Assembly (NCBI GenBank): GCA_026415435.1
Contig: JAOAHC010000045.1
Location: 99,069-163,068 of the forward strand
Direction: 5' to 3'
DNA: 64,000 nucleotides
Origin: Clostridia bacterium
Lineage (GTDB): Bacteria; Bacillota; Clostridia; TANB77; CAG-465
The notes beneath the pieces are model-generated. The model was not told the origin of the DNA and ran no database searches. It saw nothing but the letters and a program-made list of their open reading frames with translations. The position numbers and the translations under genes were made by a program. Positions 10,472-20,999 of the stretch are shown one piece after another. Numbering within the stretch: position 1 is the stretch's first letter; every line of letters starts with the position of its first letter.

Positions 10472-12759
10472 TGTTAAGAAGAAAATTCTTTCGTGATATT
10501 ATTAAAAATAAATCACAGTTTATAACAATATTTGCAATGGTATTTTTAGGTGTATTTATATATAGTGGAATTAATTCATATATGGCAGGTATGCAATATG
10601 TTGCAGATAGATATTATGATGAAAATAATTTTCAGGATATATGGATCATAGGGACAAATTTTACAAAAAATGATCTAAATAATATAAAAAACATTAATAA
10701 CGTAAGAGATGCAGAAAGAAAATTATCCGTAATTGGAAGCATAAATAATATTAAAGATTCTACTATACAGATAAATTTTATTGAGTCTAACAATATTTCA
10801 AAATTTTATGTAAAAAATGGAATTGGATTTAATAGAGATATTGATGGCGTTTGGATAGATAGTTATTTGGCTAATAATAATAATTTAAATGTTGGTGATG
10901 TTATAACAGTAAAATATGGCAATGAAACTTTTGATAAAAAAATAGTAGGTCTTATAATTGTACCTGATCATGTATATGATCCAAAATCTGAGGCTGAAAT
11001 TTTTCCTACACATACTGATTATGGATTTATATATTTATCTGACAAACAATTTCCTTATAAAGCAGAATATATGCAATATAATAGTGTAATGGTGGATGTG
11101 GAAAATATTTCAGCTACTGATGAGACTAAGGTTAATATAGAGAATAAAACAAGCAATTGGATAGCAGTTACTGATAGAGGTGATGATGTATCCAGTCAAA
11201 CCTATAAAGCAGAGATGGAAGAAGGAACTACATATGTAGTAGTTTTCTCGGGTATATTTTTATTTATTGCAATTCTATCAGTTATAACAACTATGAATAG
11301 ATTTGTGAAAAAACAAAGAACAGAGCTAGGTATACTAAAATCACTAGGATTTAAAAATAAAAAAATCATGAAGTTATATTTAAGTTATGGTTTTTGGATA
11401 TCATTATTTGCCAGCATATTAGGTTTGATTACAGGACCTATGGTAATAGGGAAAGTCTTTTCAAATATGGTAATAAAATATTTTGCTATACCTGAATTAT
11501 ATACTATTATTACAGCAGAAACATATTTTGTCAGTGGTATAGTTGTAGTAGTAATTGCTTTAGTTACTTATTTATCATGTAGAAAAGAACTTAAAGAGAA
11601 AGTAGTGGATGTTTTAAGAGAAAAATCACCAAAAGAAAATAAGTCGAACATAAATTTTAATAATAAAATATTTAAAAAAATTAAGTTTTCTACTAAATGG
11701 AATATAAGAGACGCTATAAGAGGTAAAGCAAGAATATTAATGGGAATAATAGGTACTACTGGGTGTTGTGCACTTATAATTTGTGCTTTCGGTATGCTAA
11801 ATACAATAAACGATTATGTAAATTGGCAATTTAATGAATTATATAACTTTAAATATAAAATGACATTGAATAGACAATATTCAGAAGATAATTATAACAA
11901 TATAGTTAGTAAATATGGTAACAATACATCTCAAACTTTAAATGTAGAAATAAAAAATTCTGAAAGTAAAGAAATAAATAATATTACAGTAGATAATTCA
12001 AATGGATTATTAAAATATACAAATATTAATAGAAAATACATAGAATTGAATGATGATGGAGTTTACATTACTAGTAAGTTAGCTGAAAGATTAAATTTAA
12101 ATGTTGGAGATAATATAAATTGGCACATTTTAGGAGATGAAACATGGTATAATAGTAAAATTATAGGAATCAATAGAAACCCTCAAAATCAAAATTTTTC
12201 TATGACAAAAAAATACTTGGAGAGTTTAGAAATAAATTATAGAGCAGATAGTATATATACAAACTATGATATGAGCAATATAAAAGAACTTGAAGGTGTA
12301 GATATAATACAAAATAAGGATTTTATAAAAAATGGCACAGAAAATATGATAAGTACAGTTAAAAGTATGATTATAATGATAATAGTTGCTGCAATAATAT
12401 TAGGTGCAGTAATTATATATAACTTAGGGATTTTATCTTTTACTGAAAAGTCATATCAATTTGCTACACTGAAAGTTCTAGGGTTTAGCACAAATAAAAT
12501 AAGAAGTATTTTTATAGAGCAAAATTTTTGGGTAACACTTATAGCTATAATTTTAGGTGGACCATTAGGGTATTATATTACATATGTTGTTTTTAAAATG
12601 GCACTTTCAGAGGATTACGACATGATAGCAAAGGTAGATAATATTTCATATTTATATGGAATATTAGGAACATTAATCGTTTCATATATAGTAAATAATA
12701 TTCTATCAAGGAAAATAAAAACTGTCAATATGGTTGAAAGTTTAAAGGCTAATGAATAA
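10470..12759 (+). CDS. ABC transporter permease, FtsX/MacB-like with a large extracytoplasmic domain
   Basis: 764 aa with two FtsX-like 4-TM modules. Its ATG overlaps the upstream stop (TAATG). The ORF track uses a TTG at 10465. Confidence 0.85.
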
Positions 12760-12788
12760 TAAAAAGTGTTATATAGTAAATATTTTAA

Positions 12789-12834
12789 TAAAAGTTATAC
12801 TTGAATTGCTATAATTCAAAGTATAACTTTTTTG
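12789..12834 (+). terminator. Strong rho-independent terminator after the ABC operon
   Basis: A 17-18 bp stem AAAGTTATACTTGAATT / AATTCAAAGTATAACTTT with loop GCTAT, followed by TTTTTT. Confidence 0.75.
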
Positions 12835-12844
12835 AGGTGATGAA

Positions 12845-13708
12845 TTGAAAGAAAATAAGAAATTTTACTGGTTAAAATTAAAAGATGATTTTTTTAATAC
12901 TACTGAAATAAAAATAATGAAAGGGTTACCTAATGGGAAAGATTATATAATCTTGTTACTACAACTTAGATTACTTAGCATAAATCATGATGGATTGTTG
13001 CAATATAATGAATATATACCATATGATATAAATACACTCGCTAGTTTAACTGATACTAATATAGATATAGTTAGAACTGGTATAAAACTATTTGAAGAAA
13101 TGAAGCTGTTATCAATACTTGATAATGGCACTTTTTTTATGCAAAAAGTAAATGAATTAGTAGGTAGTGAAACAAAATGGGCTGAGTATAAAAGGGAAAA
13201 AAGAAAATTAGAAAATGAAGGACAATTGTCTTTAAAAAGTCCCAAAAATAACTTGGAAAATGTCCAAGAAAAGTCCACTCAAAATATTGGACAATGTCCT
13301 ACAAGAGATAAGAGTATAGAGAATAAGATAATAGATTTTAATAATAGTTATAGTAATAACAGAAAAGAAGATGAAAAATTGCTACAAATAAAAAATATAT
13401 TTTTAAAATATTTAAAATATACTACTGCTACTATAATAACTGAATGTTATAAAGAATTTAGTACCATGGATATTACAGTTATTGAAAGTGCCTTTATAAA
13501 AAGTGCTGAAAAAGATGGTAGTTGGCTATATGCTAAAACAATACTTAAATCTTGGAAGATTAAAAACATATTAACTGTTGAAGATGTGGAAAACGAGAGG
13601 CAAGAATTTGAAAAAAGTAAGAATAAAATTACTTCAAATCATGGAAATAAATTTTATAGTAATGCTTTTGATAATATAGATTTAGAAAAGTTTTATGATA
13701 ATTTATAA
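12845..13708 (+). CDS. Phage-type replisome organizer / DnaD-domain replication initiation protein
   Basis: The N-terminus MKENKKFYWLKLKDDFFNTTEIKIM...DYIILLLQL matches the phage_rep_org_N pattern. The C-terminal region looks DnaD-like. TTG start with a GAGGTGA RBS. Confidence 0.65.
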   Translation: MKENKKFYWLKLKDDFFNTTEIKIMKGLPNGKDYIILLLQLRLLSINHDGLLQYNEYIPYDINTLASLTDTNIDIVRTGIKLFEEMKLLSILDNGTFFMQKVNELVGSETKWAEYKREKRKLENEGQLSLKSPKNNLENVQEKSTQNIGQCPTRDKSIENKIIDFNNSYSNNRKEDEKLLQIKNIFLKYLKYTTATIITECYKEFSTMDITVIESAFIKSAEKDGSWLYAKTILKSWKIKNILTVEDVENERQEFEKSKNKITSNHGNKFYSNAFDNIDLEKFYDNL

Positions 13709-13718
13709 GGAGGGGAAG

Positions 13719-14087
13719 ATGAAAGAATTAAAAAAAGAAGATATAACAGTTGTTGGTATAGTTGTATGCTGGAGTGAAAATTCAGAAATAAATAAATTAA
13801 AGCATAAACAATCATTTACTGCAACAGAATTTGAAGAAATATGTAAAAAGCAAGATGAAATATTTAATAATCAAGAAGAGAGACTTGGCTATGATAAGAC
13901 AAAGTATCAAGTCGTATACTTTGTAAATTCAGAAAAAGATCTAATTGCAAAATCGTATACTAATAGAGTTGATATAGGCGATGGTGAAAAACATATGCCA
14001 ACTGAAGATAGTATAAAAAATACTATAATAAATATAGAACAAAGAGAAAATAGATCTAAATATAAATCTAGAGAAGTTGAGATGTAA
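13719..14087 (+). CDS. Hypothetical protein
   Basis: AAGGAGGGG RBS before ATG 13719. The ORF track starts at 13695. Confidence 0.5.
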   Translation: MKELKKEDITVVGIVVCWSENSEINKLKHKQSFTATEFEEICKKQDEIFNNQEERLGYDKTKYQVVYFVNSEKDLIAKSYTNRVDIGDGEKHMPTEDSIKNTIINIEQRENRSKYKSREVEM

Positions 14088-14092
14088 TAAAT

Positions 14093-14698
14093 ATGAGTGT
14101 GTTATTTGAAATACAAAAAATACAAAGATTAGAAAATGCTGAAAAAATTAAAATAGCAACTCCGAAAGATATATACAATATACCACAGATTCAAGAAATA
14201 AAAGACGCTACTCAAGAGCATTTAATTGTTATAACATTGAATACAAAAAATATAATTACATCTATTGAACTTATTGGAGTTGGTAGGATTGATAGTATAA
14301 ATATTGATGCAAAAGATGTAATTAGACCAGCACTTATTCAGGCATCTAGTGGTATTATCATAGTTCATAATCATCCATCAGGAGACACGACACCAAGTAA
14401 ACAAGATATTGGTTTTACTGCAAGAATAGAAGATATGGCTAGATTGTTTAATATTTCATTATTAGATCATATAGTTGTTGGTGATGGATACCTTAGTATG
14501 AAAGAAATGGGGAGTTTGGAATACAAAGGATCTTTTGAAAAAGAAAAATTTAATAATGAAACTATAGATGAATTAAAAAAGCTAAATTCAAGTTTAGTTA
14601 GTGAAATAGAAAGTAAAGATAAAAAAATATCTATGTTGGAAAAACAGATTAATAAATATAAGAAACAAATAAGTAAAGATGAAGAATTAGAAATATAG
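14093..14698 (+). CDS. RadC-like JAB/MPN domain protein with a C-terminal coiled coil
   Basis: JAMM motif HNHPSGDTTPSKQD. Confidence 0.8.
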   Translation: MSVLFEIQKIQRLENAEKIKIATPKDIYNIPQIQEIKDATQEHLIVITLNTKNIITSIELIGVGRIDSINIDAKDVIRPALIQASSGIIIVHNHPSGDTTPSKQDIGFTARIEDMARLFNISLLDHIVVGDGYLSMKEMGSLEYKGSFEKEKFNNETIDELKKLNSSLVSEIESKDKKISMLEKQINKYKKQISKDEELEI

Positions 14699-14709
14699 AA
14701 GGAGGTATA

Positions 14710-15477
14710 ATGCTAAAGATAAATGAAATATATAATATGGATTGCTTAAAGGGTATGAAACTAATAGATAATAAATCAATAGATATGATACTATGTGATT
14801 TACCTTATGGTACCACACATTGTAGTTGGGATATAATAATACCATTTGATAAATTATGGAAAGAATATGAAAGAATAATAAAAGATAATGGAGCAATTGT
14901 TTTAACTGCTAGTCAAAGTTTTACTACTAAGTTAATAATGAGTAATTTTAAATTATTTAGATATGAGTGGATATGGAAGAAAAATACTTGTACAGGTTTT
15001 CAAAATGCAAAGAAGATGCCACTTAAAGCACATGAAAATATATGTGTGTTCTATAAAAAGTTACCAACATATAATCCACAGAGAATAGTAAGGATTGATA
15101 AGAAAATAAAGCCTAGAGCTACAAAAGGAGGTAGAATTTTACTAGGTGATGATTATTCTTTGGTACAAGCATTAAATAAGGAATATGTTCAAGAATATAA
15201 AAATTATCCTAAAAGTATATTAGAGATAAATAAAGAGTTTAAGAATATACACCCTACTCAAAAGCCAGTAGAACTATTTGAATATTTAATTAGAACATAT
15301 ACAAATGAAAATGATATTGTACTAGATAATTGTATGGGAAGTGGAACAACAGCTATTGCTTGCATAAATTCAAATAGGAAATATATAGGATTTGAAAAAG
15401 ATGATAGATATTATAAATCTGCAAAAGAAAGAATTGAAGTACATATAAAACAAAAGGAGTTGAAAAAAGATGAGTGA
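14710..15477 (+). CDS. Orphan DNA methyltransferase (N6-adenine/N4-cytosine, beta class), a likely anti-restriction function
   Basis: DPPY-like motif LCDLPYG precedes the SAM motif DNCMGSGTTAIAC. No restriction endonuclease partner is present. GGAGGT RBS. Confidence 0.8.
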   Translation: MLKINEIYNMDCLKGMKLIDNKSIDMILCDLPYGTTHCSWDIIIPFDKLWKEYERIIKDNGAIVLTASQSFTTKLIMSNFKLFRYEWIWKKNTCTGFQNAKKMPLKAHENICVFYKKLPTYNPQRIVRIDKKIKPRATKGGRILLGDDYSLVQALNKEYVQEYKNYPKSILEINKEFKNIHPTQKPVELFEYLIRTYTNENDIVLDNCMGSGTTAIACINSNRKYIGFEKDDRYYKSAKERIEVHIKQKELKKDE

Positions 15478-16354
15478 ATCAATATCTAGAGATATGATAT
15501 TTGGTAAGAAGAAAGCTAGTATAAAAGAAGACGCTAAAACGGATATAACAAGACAAGAAATAGAATTAAATAAATTGGTTGACTTTAGAAAAGGTCAACC
15601 TTTTAGTTTATATTCAAAAGAAAAAATGGAAGAAATGAAACAAAGTATTTCAAAAAATGGAGTTATAGTTCCTATAACAGTGAGATCTGTTGAAAATGAA
15701 AAGTATGAAATACTAGCAGGTCATAATAGAGTAAAGTGTTGTAGAGATTTGAACTTTGAAACTATTCCAGCTAATATAGTAGAATGTGATGATGATAAAG
15801 CTACTTTAATAATGTTAGAAACTAACTTATATCAAAGAGACAATATACCTTTAACTGAAAAAGGTGAAGCATATAAATTAAGATTAGAAATATTACTAAG
15901 ACAAGAAAAAGATAGTGACCTAATAGGTCACAAAAGAAAAGTAGAGTATTTAGCTGATATAAGTGTAGATAGTAAAACACAAATTCAAAGATTTATAAGA
16001 TTAACTTATTTAATAGAAGGTCTAAAGGAAAAAGTGAATAATAATCAGATAGCCTTTTATGTTGCAGTTGAATTGTCATATATAGATGAAAACGAGCAAA
16101 AGATTATAAATGGTATGATAAATGATATTAATGTAAAAGTTTCAATCAGTCAAGCAGAAAAATTAAGAGAGTTAAAAGGTACACTATATGAAGATAATAT
16201 AAAGGACATATTAAATGGTGATAAAGCTAAAGAAATTAAATTCAAAGGAAAGTTAGATAAAAGTAATCTTAAGAAATATAAAAGTAGATTTAACGATGAT
16301 GTTGAATTCAATGAGATTATAAGAAAATTATTAGAAGAATACTTTAAAATGTAG
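15470..16354 (+). CDS. ParB/Srx-fold nuclease-like protein
   Basis: ILAGHNRV motif of the ParB N-terminal domain. Its start overlaps the end of the MTase gene. Confidence 0.65.
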   Translation: MSESISRDMIFGKKKASIKEDAKTDITRQEIELNKLVDFRKGQPFSLYSKEKMEEMKQSISKNGVIVPITVRSVENEKYEILAGHNRVKCCRDLNFETIPANIVECDDDKATLIMLETNLYQRDNIPLTEKGEAYKLRLEILLRQEKDSDLIGHKRKVEYLADISVDSKTQIQRFIRLTYLIEGLKEKVNNNQIAFYVAVELSYIDENEQKIINGMINDINVKVSISQAEKLRELKGTLYEDNIKDILNGDKAKEIKFKGKLDKSNLKKYKSRFNDDVEFNEIIRKLLEEYFKM

Positions 16355-16430
16355 AGTGAAAAATGCTTTTAATTGAATAATTATAATAAATAATATATAA
16401 TTATTTTAGTTACTAATGGAGGTACTAAAC

Positions 16431-17255
16431 ATGAGAGATGATTTTTCTTCTAATACCAAAAATACACTTGCTCATAGAGTTGGATTTAGATGTTCAAATC
16501 CTGATTGTAGAAAATTAACATCAGGACCAACTGATGATGCTAAAAAATATGTAAATATTGGAGTAGCAGCACATATTTGTGCTGCATCACAAGGAGGAAA
16601 AAGATATAATGAAAATATGACATCAGAGCAGAGAAAAGATATAAATAACGGAATTTGGCTTTGCCAAAGTTGTGCAAAATTAATAGATAGTGATGAAATA
16701 AAATATAATATAGATTTAATTGAAACATGGAAGTCAACAGCGGAACAATTAGCACAAGCAGAGAATTCTCAATCATCATCAATAAAACTAAATAATAATG
16801 ATATAGACATAATAAAATTTTATTCGGAATGTATAGATAGACCAGCATTTCAAGATGAAATAAGGCAAGAAGGAAATATGGAAAATTTTGAAAGAGCTAT
16901 AGAAGATACTATAATTGCTTTTAATACGGGTGTTTTAAAAGATCGTAATGGATCACTATTAAAACAGTCACAGGGAAAATCTGCAATAAAAAATGATGTA
17001 TGGAGAGAAAAACTATATATGATTGTAGATTTATTAAATTTAATTAATAAGAGATTAAAAATAGCAAAAAAAGAAGGTACATATCAATTAAACAATAGTA
17101 AAAATAGTTATGATTCATTTTATTGTTTTCATGATAGAGAATTGGAGGTATGGTTTGATACTTCAAGAATAGAAGTTATTAATATATTTTCATCTATATG
17201 TAAAGAAGCAGGAATACCAATACACAAATTTCCAAGAATGTATTATAGATATTAA
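16431..17255 (+). CDS. HNH-like endonuclease-domain protein
   Basis: Cys/His cluster CSNPDC...GVAAHICAAS...NGIWLCQSCAKLID. TGGAGGT RBS before ATG 16431. Confidence 0.45.
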   Translation: MRDDFSSNTKNTLAHRVGFRCSNPDCRKLTSGPTDDAKKYVNIGVAAHICAASQGGKRYNENMTSEQRKDINNGIWLCQSCAKLIDSDEIKYNIDLIETWKSTAEQLAQAENSQSSSIKLNNNDIDIIKFYSECIDRPAFQDEIRQEGNMENFERAIEDTIIAFNTGVLKDRNGSLLKQSQGKSAIKNDVWREKLYMIVDLLNLINKRLKIAKKEGTYQLNNSKNSYDSFYCFHDRELEVWFDTSRIEVINIFSSICKEAGIPIHKFPRMYYRY

Positions 17256-17442
17256 AAATATTGTTATACCTATATGGGAGTGTACAAATTTGCCTGGGAG
17301 TATATGTTAGTGGCTTTGCCACTAAGCTGTTGTACGATGTGTACTACATCTATTCCTGCTCTACGAGGTTTTATATAATGTTGTATTTACAAAAATACAA
17401 CATTATAGTATAATTGAACTAGTAAAGGGTAGGTATGTAGTT

Positions 17443-18018
17443 ATGTTTAGCTCTAATAAAGATTTCATAGATTATACTGAAAAAGAAATACAAAATACAG
17501 CAAAAAAACTCAATATAGATTTGAAGATAGGTTTAAGAAATTTAAATGAGGAATTATCAACAAAAGGCTTAAGTAATTCAGGGTCATCTATTCAAATAAA
17601 AATCAGTTTTTTAGAAAAAACAGTAGATGAAAATTTTGGTGATTATAAAAATATTTTTAAAGAAACACAAGAAACATTAAAAAAATTGTATAATGAAAAA
17701 TATTTAAACAATAAAAAAATAGAGTATCTAAGTGTTATAGACCATATATGTAATGAAACTATAAATGATATAAAAAAAACATCTTCATTTCTAAATGTCA
17801 GTTTTGAAGGTAATATTGATAATATAAAACAAAACAAAAAAATAGAGTTACAAGAATTTATTAATAAATTATTAATTGAAAATAATAGAAAAAAAGAAAT
17901 AAATAGAAATAACATTATAAAGAAAACTATAGGCTTAATATTTACATCTGTAATACTTACATTATTTATTGGTTTGGTAATAAATTATTTGACTCATAAG
18001 TTTGGTTGGAATAGCTAG
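17443..18018 (+). CDS. Hypothetical protein with a C-terminal TM anchor
   Basis: Lys-rich coiled coil followed by a hydrophobic tail, IGLIFTSVILTLFIGLVINYL. Confidence 0.5.
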   Translation: MFSSNKDFIDYTEKEIQNTAKKLNIDLKIGLRNLNEELSTKGLSNSGSSIQIKISFLEKTVDENFGDYKNIFKETQETLKKLYNEKYLNNKKIEYLSVIDHICNETINDIKKTSSFLNVSFEGNIDNIKQNKKIELQEFINKLLIENNRKKEINRNNIIKKTIGLIFTSVILTLFIGLVINYLTHKFGWNS

Positions 18019-18073
18019 AGTATATTAAAAAATAAAATTTATATAAGAATATAATAATTTTATGGAGGTGAAA

Positions 18074-18457
18074 ATGCGAAAAAATTCTAATAAAATAACC
18101 ATATGGTTAGATGATAAAACATATAATGAAGTAAAGACGTATACAGAAACAAATAAACTGTATATGTCTGTTTTTATAAGAAGAGCAATACAAAATTTGC
18201 TAGAAGAAATAGATTCAAATAAAATACGAGATCCATTAAAAAAATTAATCCATACTCAAATAAAAGAGAGTATGGATATTTATATGGATAGAATAATTAA
18301 ACTAGTAATAAAATCAATACTTTCATCGGAAAGTGCTAATTATAATACAGGCGAATTACTTTCTAATATAAAGAGAATTGATAAAAAAGAAGTAAGAGAG
18401 ATTGCATACAGAAATGCGATAGAATATTTAAAGAAAAAAGGTGATAAATTTGAGTAA
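18074..18457 (+). CDS. Hypothetical small protein, a possible relaxosome accessory (MobC-like) factor
   Basis: Lies immediately upstream of, and overlaps, the relaxase gene. TGGAGGTG RBS. Confidence 0.4.
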   Translation: MRKNSNKITIWLDDKTYNEVKTYTETNKLYMSVFIRRAIQNLLEEIDSNKIRDPLKKLIHTQIKESMDIYMDRIIKLVIKSILSSESANYNTGELLSNIKRIDKKEVREIAYRNAIEYLKKKGDKFE

Positions 18458-19577
18458 AGTTATATCAAAACTTAGATGTTATAATCCAAGCAAGCTAGAT
18501 TCAACAAGGGGTAATATAGGACATTTATATTATATTTCAAGAAGGAGTAATGCATTACTTTATGATAACAAAACTGTATTTGGTAGAATAGGTAATAGTG
18601 ATTTAACAGATTTAGATTTAAAAGATATAGGTAGACATATAGCGGATAAATCAAATAATAAAACTAACATTTATAGAGGTATTATTTCATTAAAAGAAGA
18701 GGATGCATTAGAACTTGGATATGATAAAGTAAGTGAGTGGGAGTCATTAATGAAAGAAAAAGTATATGATATTGCAGGCGTAGTAAATATAGATATGCCT
18801 AATGCTGAGTGGATTGCTGTCGTACACTTAAAAAAAGGTAATCCACATTTGCATTATATGATGTGGGATAAAGAACAACAAATAAATAGATATTATATAT
18901 CTTTGTATCAACAAAATACGATAAGGGAGATACTTACGAAGCATATATTTGAAAATGAGTTATCAAAGTATTATGAAATTAAAAATGAAACAAAGAATAA
19001 ACTAAGAGATAGAACTATTGCACTTGAATTAAAAGCATTTAATGAAAGTGTATGTAAAGGTAAACTTGGATATTTAAATATTGATAATAAAGAATTAAAA
19101 GAAATAAGGAATAAATTATATAAAATATTAGAGGAGCTACCTAAAACAGGTAGCTTAAAATATGCCTATATGAGTGAAAATATAAAAAAAGATATAGATG
19201 AGTTTATGGAATTTGTTATTGATAAAAATACGGATTTAAAAGAAGAATATAGTTCATATATTGAAAATTCTGCAAATATAGGGAAATTATTTGGTAATAG
19301 TAATAAAATAGAAATAAAATTAAAGGTAGAACAAGAATTGAAAAAGATAATAGGTAATCAATTTTTAAGTTCAGTAAAAGATATGAAATACGATAAGTTA
19401 AATGAAAAAATATTTATAAATAATCTTTTACAAGAAATATATAGAATGATAAGCGTATTAAATGAAAGTAATAATTCAAAAAAAGAATTATATAGAAGAT
19501 ACAATATAGACATGTCAAAGCAGGCTCAAATAGACTATACAATAAATAAACAAAATTCTAGTAATATTGAGTGGTAA
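18441..19577 (+). CDS. Putative conjugative relaxase (MOBQ/MOBP-like Relaxase domain)
   Basis: Motif I YYISRR provides a candidate catalytic Tyr. Motif III is a histidine triad, HLKKGNPHLHYMMW (H-x5-NPHxH). The start could instead be TTG 18450. Confidence 0.5.
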   Translation: MINLSKVISKLRCYNPSKLDSTRGNIGHLYYISRRSNALLYDNKTVFGRIGNSDLTDLDLKDIGRHIADKSNNKTNIYRGIISLKEEDALELGYDKVSEWESLMKEKVYDIAGVVNIDMPNAEWIAVVHLKKGNPHLHYMMWDKEQQINRYYISLYQQNTIREILTKHIFENELSKYYEIKNETKNKLRDRTIALELKAFNESVCKGKLGYLNIDNKELKEIRNKLYKILEELPKTGSLKYAYMSENIKKDIDEFMEFVIDKNTDLKEEYSSYIENSANIGKLFGNSNKIEIKLKVEQELKKIIGNQFLSSVKDMKYDKLNEKIFINNLLQEIYRMISVLNESNNSKKELYRRYNIDMSKQAQIDYTINKQNSSNIEW

Positions 19578-19648
19578 TCTTAAATCATCAAAAATATTTC
19601 TTTTAAACTTATTTAATATATGATATAATTAAATAAATTGGTGATTAT

Positions 19649-20218
19649 ATGAAAGAAAACAATACAAAAATTGATGGGTATATAAGGATAAAAGGCTCAG
19701 AATCAAATAGTTATGATATTAATGATATAGACTATAATAAAATAAAAAACTCTCTTACGGGTATAACAAATTTTATAAATAAAATGATGCAAACTATAAA
19801 ACCTCTAATTGATACTATGGCTAACTATGTACAAAGCTATACTCCATATTTTAAGGGATTAGCAGAAGCTATAGAAAAAGCAAAACAAGATCCAGATAGT
19901 ATTATAAATTGGTATGAATATTGTGAAAAATTATCAGAATATTTTTGGACAATCCCATATGGAATGAAATCATCTGATTTAAAGAATATAATAGAAAATG
20001 TCAGCTCTGATATAGAATTTGATAAGTATATGAAAACATACTTTAGTAAAAAATTAGTAGGCAATTTAATAAAAGAAATTGATGAAAATTTACCACAAAA
20101 GCATAAAAGATTGTTTAATCAAATTCAAAAAGCCTATAATGAAAAAAGTTATGCGTTAGTAAATACAGGTATAATGTCAATAATTGATGGGTTATGTACT
20201 TATTTATCTACTAGATAA
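19649..20218 (+). CDS. Hypothetical protein
   Basis: ORF with RBS; no recognisable motif. Confidence 0.5.
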   Translation: MKENNTKIDGYIRIKGSESNSYDINDIDYNKIKNSLTGITNFINKMMQTIKPLIDTMANYVQSYTPYFKGLAEAIEKAKQDPDSIINWYEYCEKLSEYFWTIPYGMKSSDLKNIIENVSSDIEFDKYMKTYFSKKLVGNLIKEIDENLPQKHKRLFNQIQKAYNEKSYALVNTGIMSIIDGLCTYLSTR

Positions 20219-20240
20219 AGGACGCCCAAGTAGAGTTAAC

Positions 20241-20600
20241 ATGTTTAAACCTATAATAAATAATTTAAAATTAGAACATGAATTAGTATTTATATTAATT
20301 ATGCTTAATAATAATATAAATTTATTATATGAGAAAATAGAATTTAATGAAAAAATTAAAATTAATACTAGTAAAAAAGTTAGAAGAAATCCAAATCAAC
20401 ATGGACAACTATATACAAACAGAAAAATGGACTGTATTATGCTTCTGAATACATTATATTATTTGACAACAATTCAAAACAAATTAAGAAAATATAAATC
20501 AAGTATATATAAAAAAGATGGAAAAACAGAATTTTATATTCCAACTATAAATGAAAGGATTGAAATAAAGGAAAAAATTAAAAAAAAATTAGTAAAATAA
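20241..20600 (+). CDS. Hypothetical basic protein (weak call)
   Basis: Open frame with no clear RBS. Confidence 0.25.
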   Translation: MFKPIINNLKLEHELVFILIMLNNNINLLYEKIEFNEKIKINTSKKVRRNPNQHGQLYTNRKMDCIMLLNTLYYLTTIQNKLRKYKSSIYKKDGKTEFYIPTINERIEIKEKIKKKLVK

Positions 20601-20665
20601 ATGATATATAAATTTTTGCGCTGCATTTAAAACTGTAGTGCTATTTTTATATTTGGAGGTGTTAA

Positions 20666-20998
20666 ATGGAAGAACATTATTTAAAAATATTAGTAAAAGA
20701 TCCTGGTAAGAATCCTGAAGTGAAAAAAATACGAAAGCAATTAAAATCAATGCAAGACATAGTAGGAGGTTATATAGAAATAGTACCATATAAAGAGGCT
20801 ATAATTGTATGTAATGAAGAGGGGAAATTAAACAATTTAGAGCCAAATGTAAATCTGGACAAAGATTACATTGCAGGTTCTTTTTTTATTGTTGGAGATG
20901 ATGAAAAAAACGGAGACTTTAAAAGTTTAACAGATGAGCAAATAGAGAGATTCAAAAAAGAGTTTTCGATTAATTTAGAAGATGAAATGGAGATGTGA
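20666..20998 (+). CDS. Hypothetical protein (110 aa) upstream of the coupling-protein gene
   Basis: GGAGGTG RBS. Its stop overlaps the next gene's start. Confidence 0.55.
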   Translation: MEEHYLKILVKDPGKNPEVKKIRKQLKSMQDIVGGYIEIVPYKEAIIVCNEEGKLNNLEPNVNLDKDYIAGSFFIVGDDEKNGDFKSLTDEQIERFKKEFSINLEDEMEM

Positions 20999-20999
20999 T

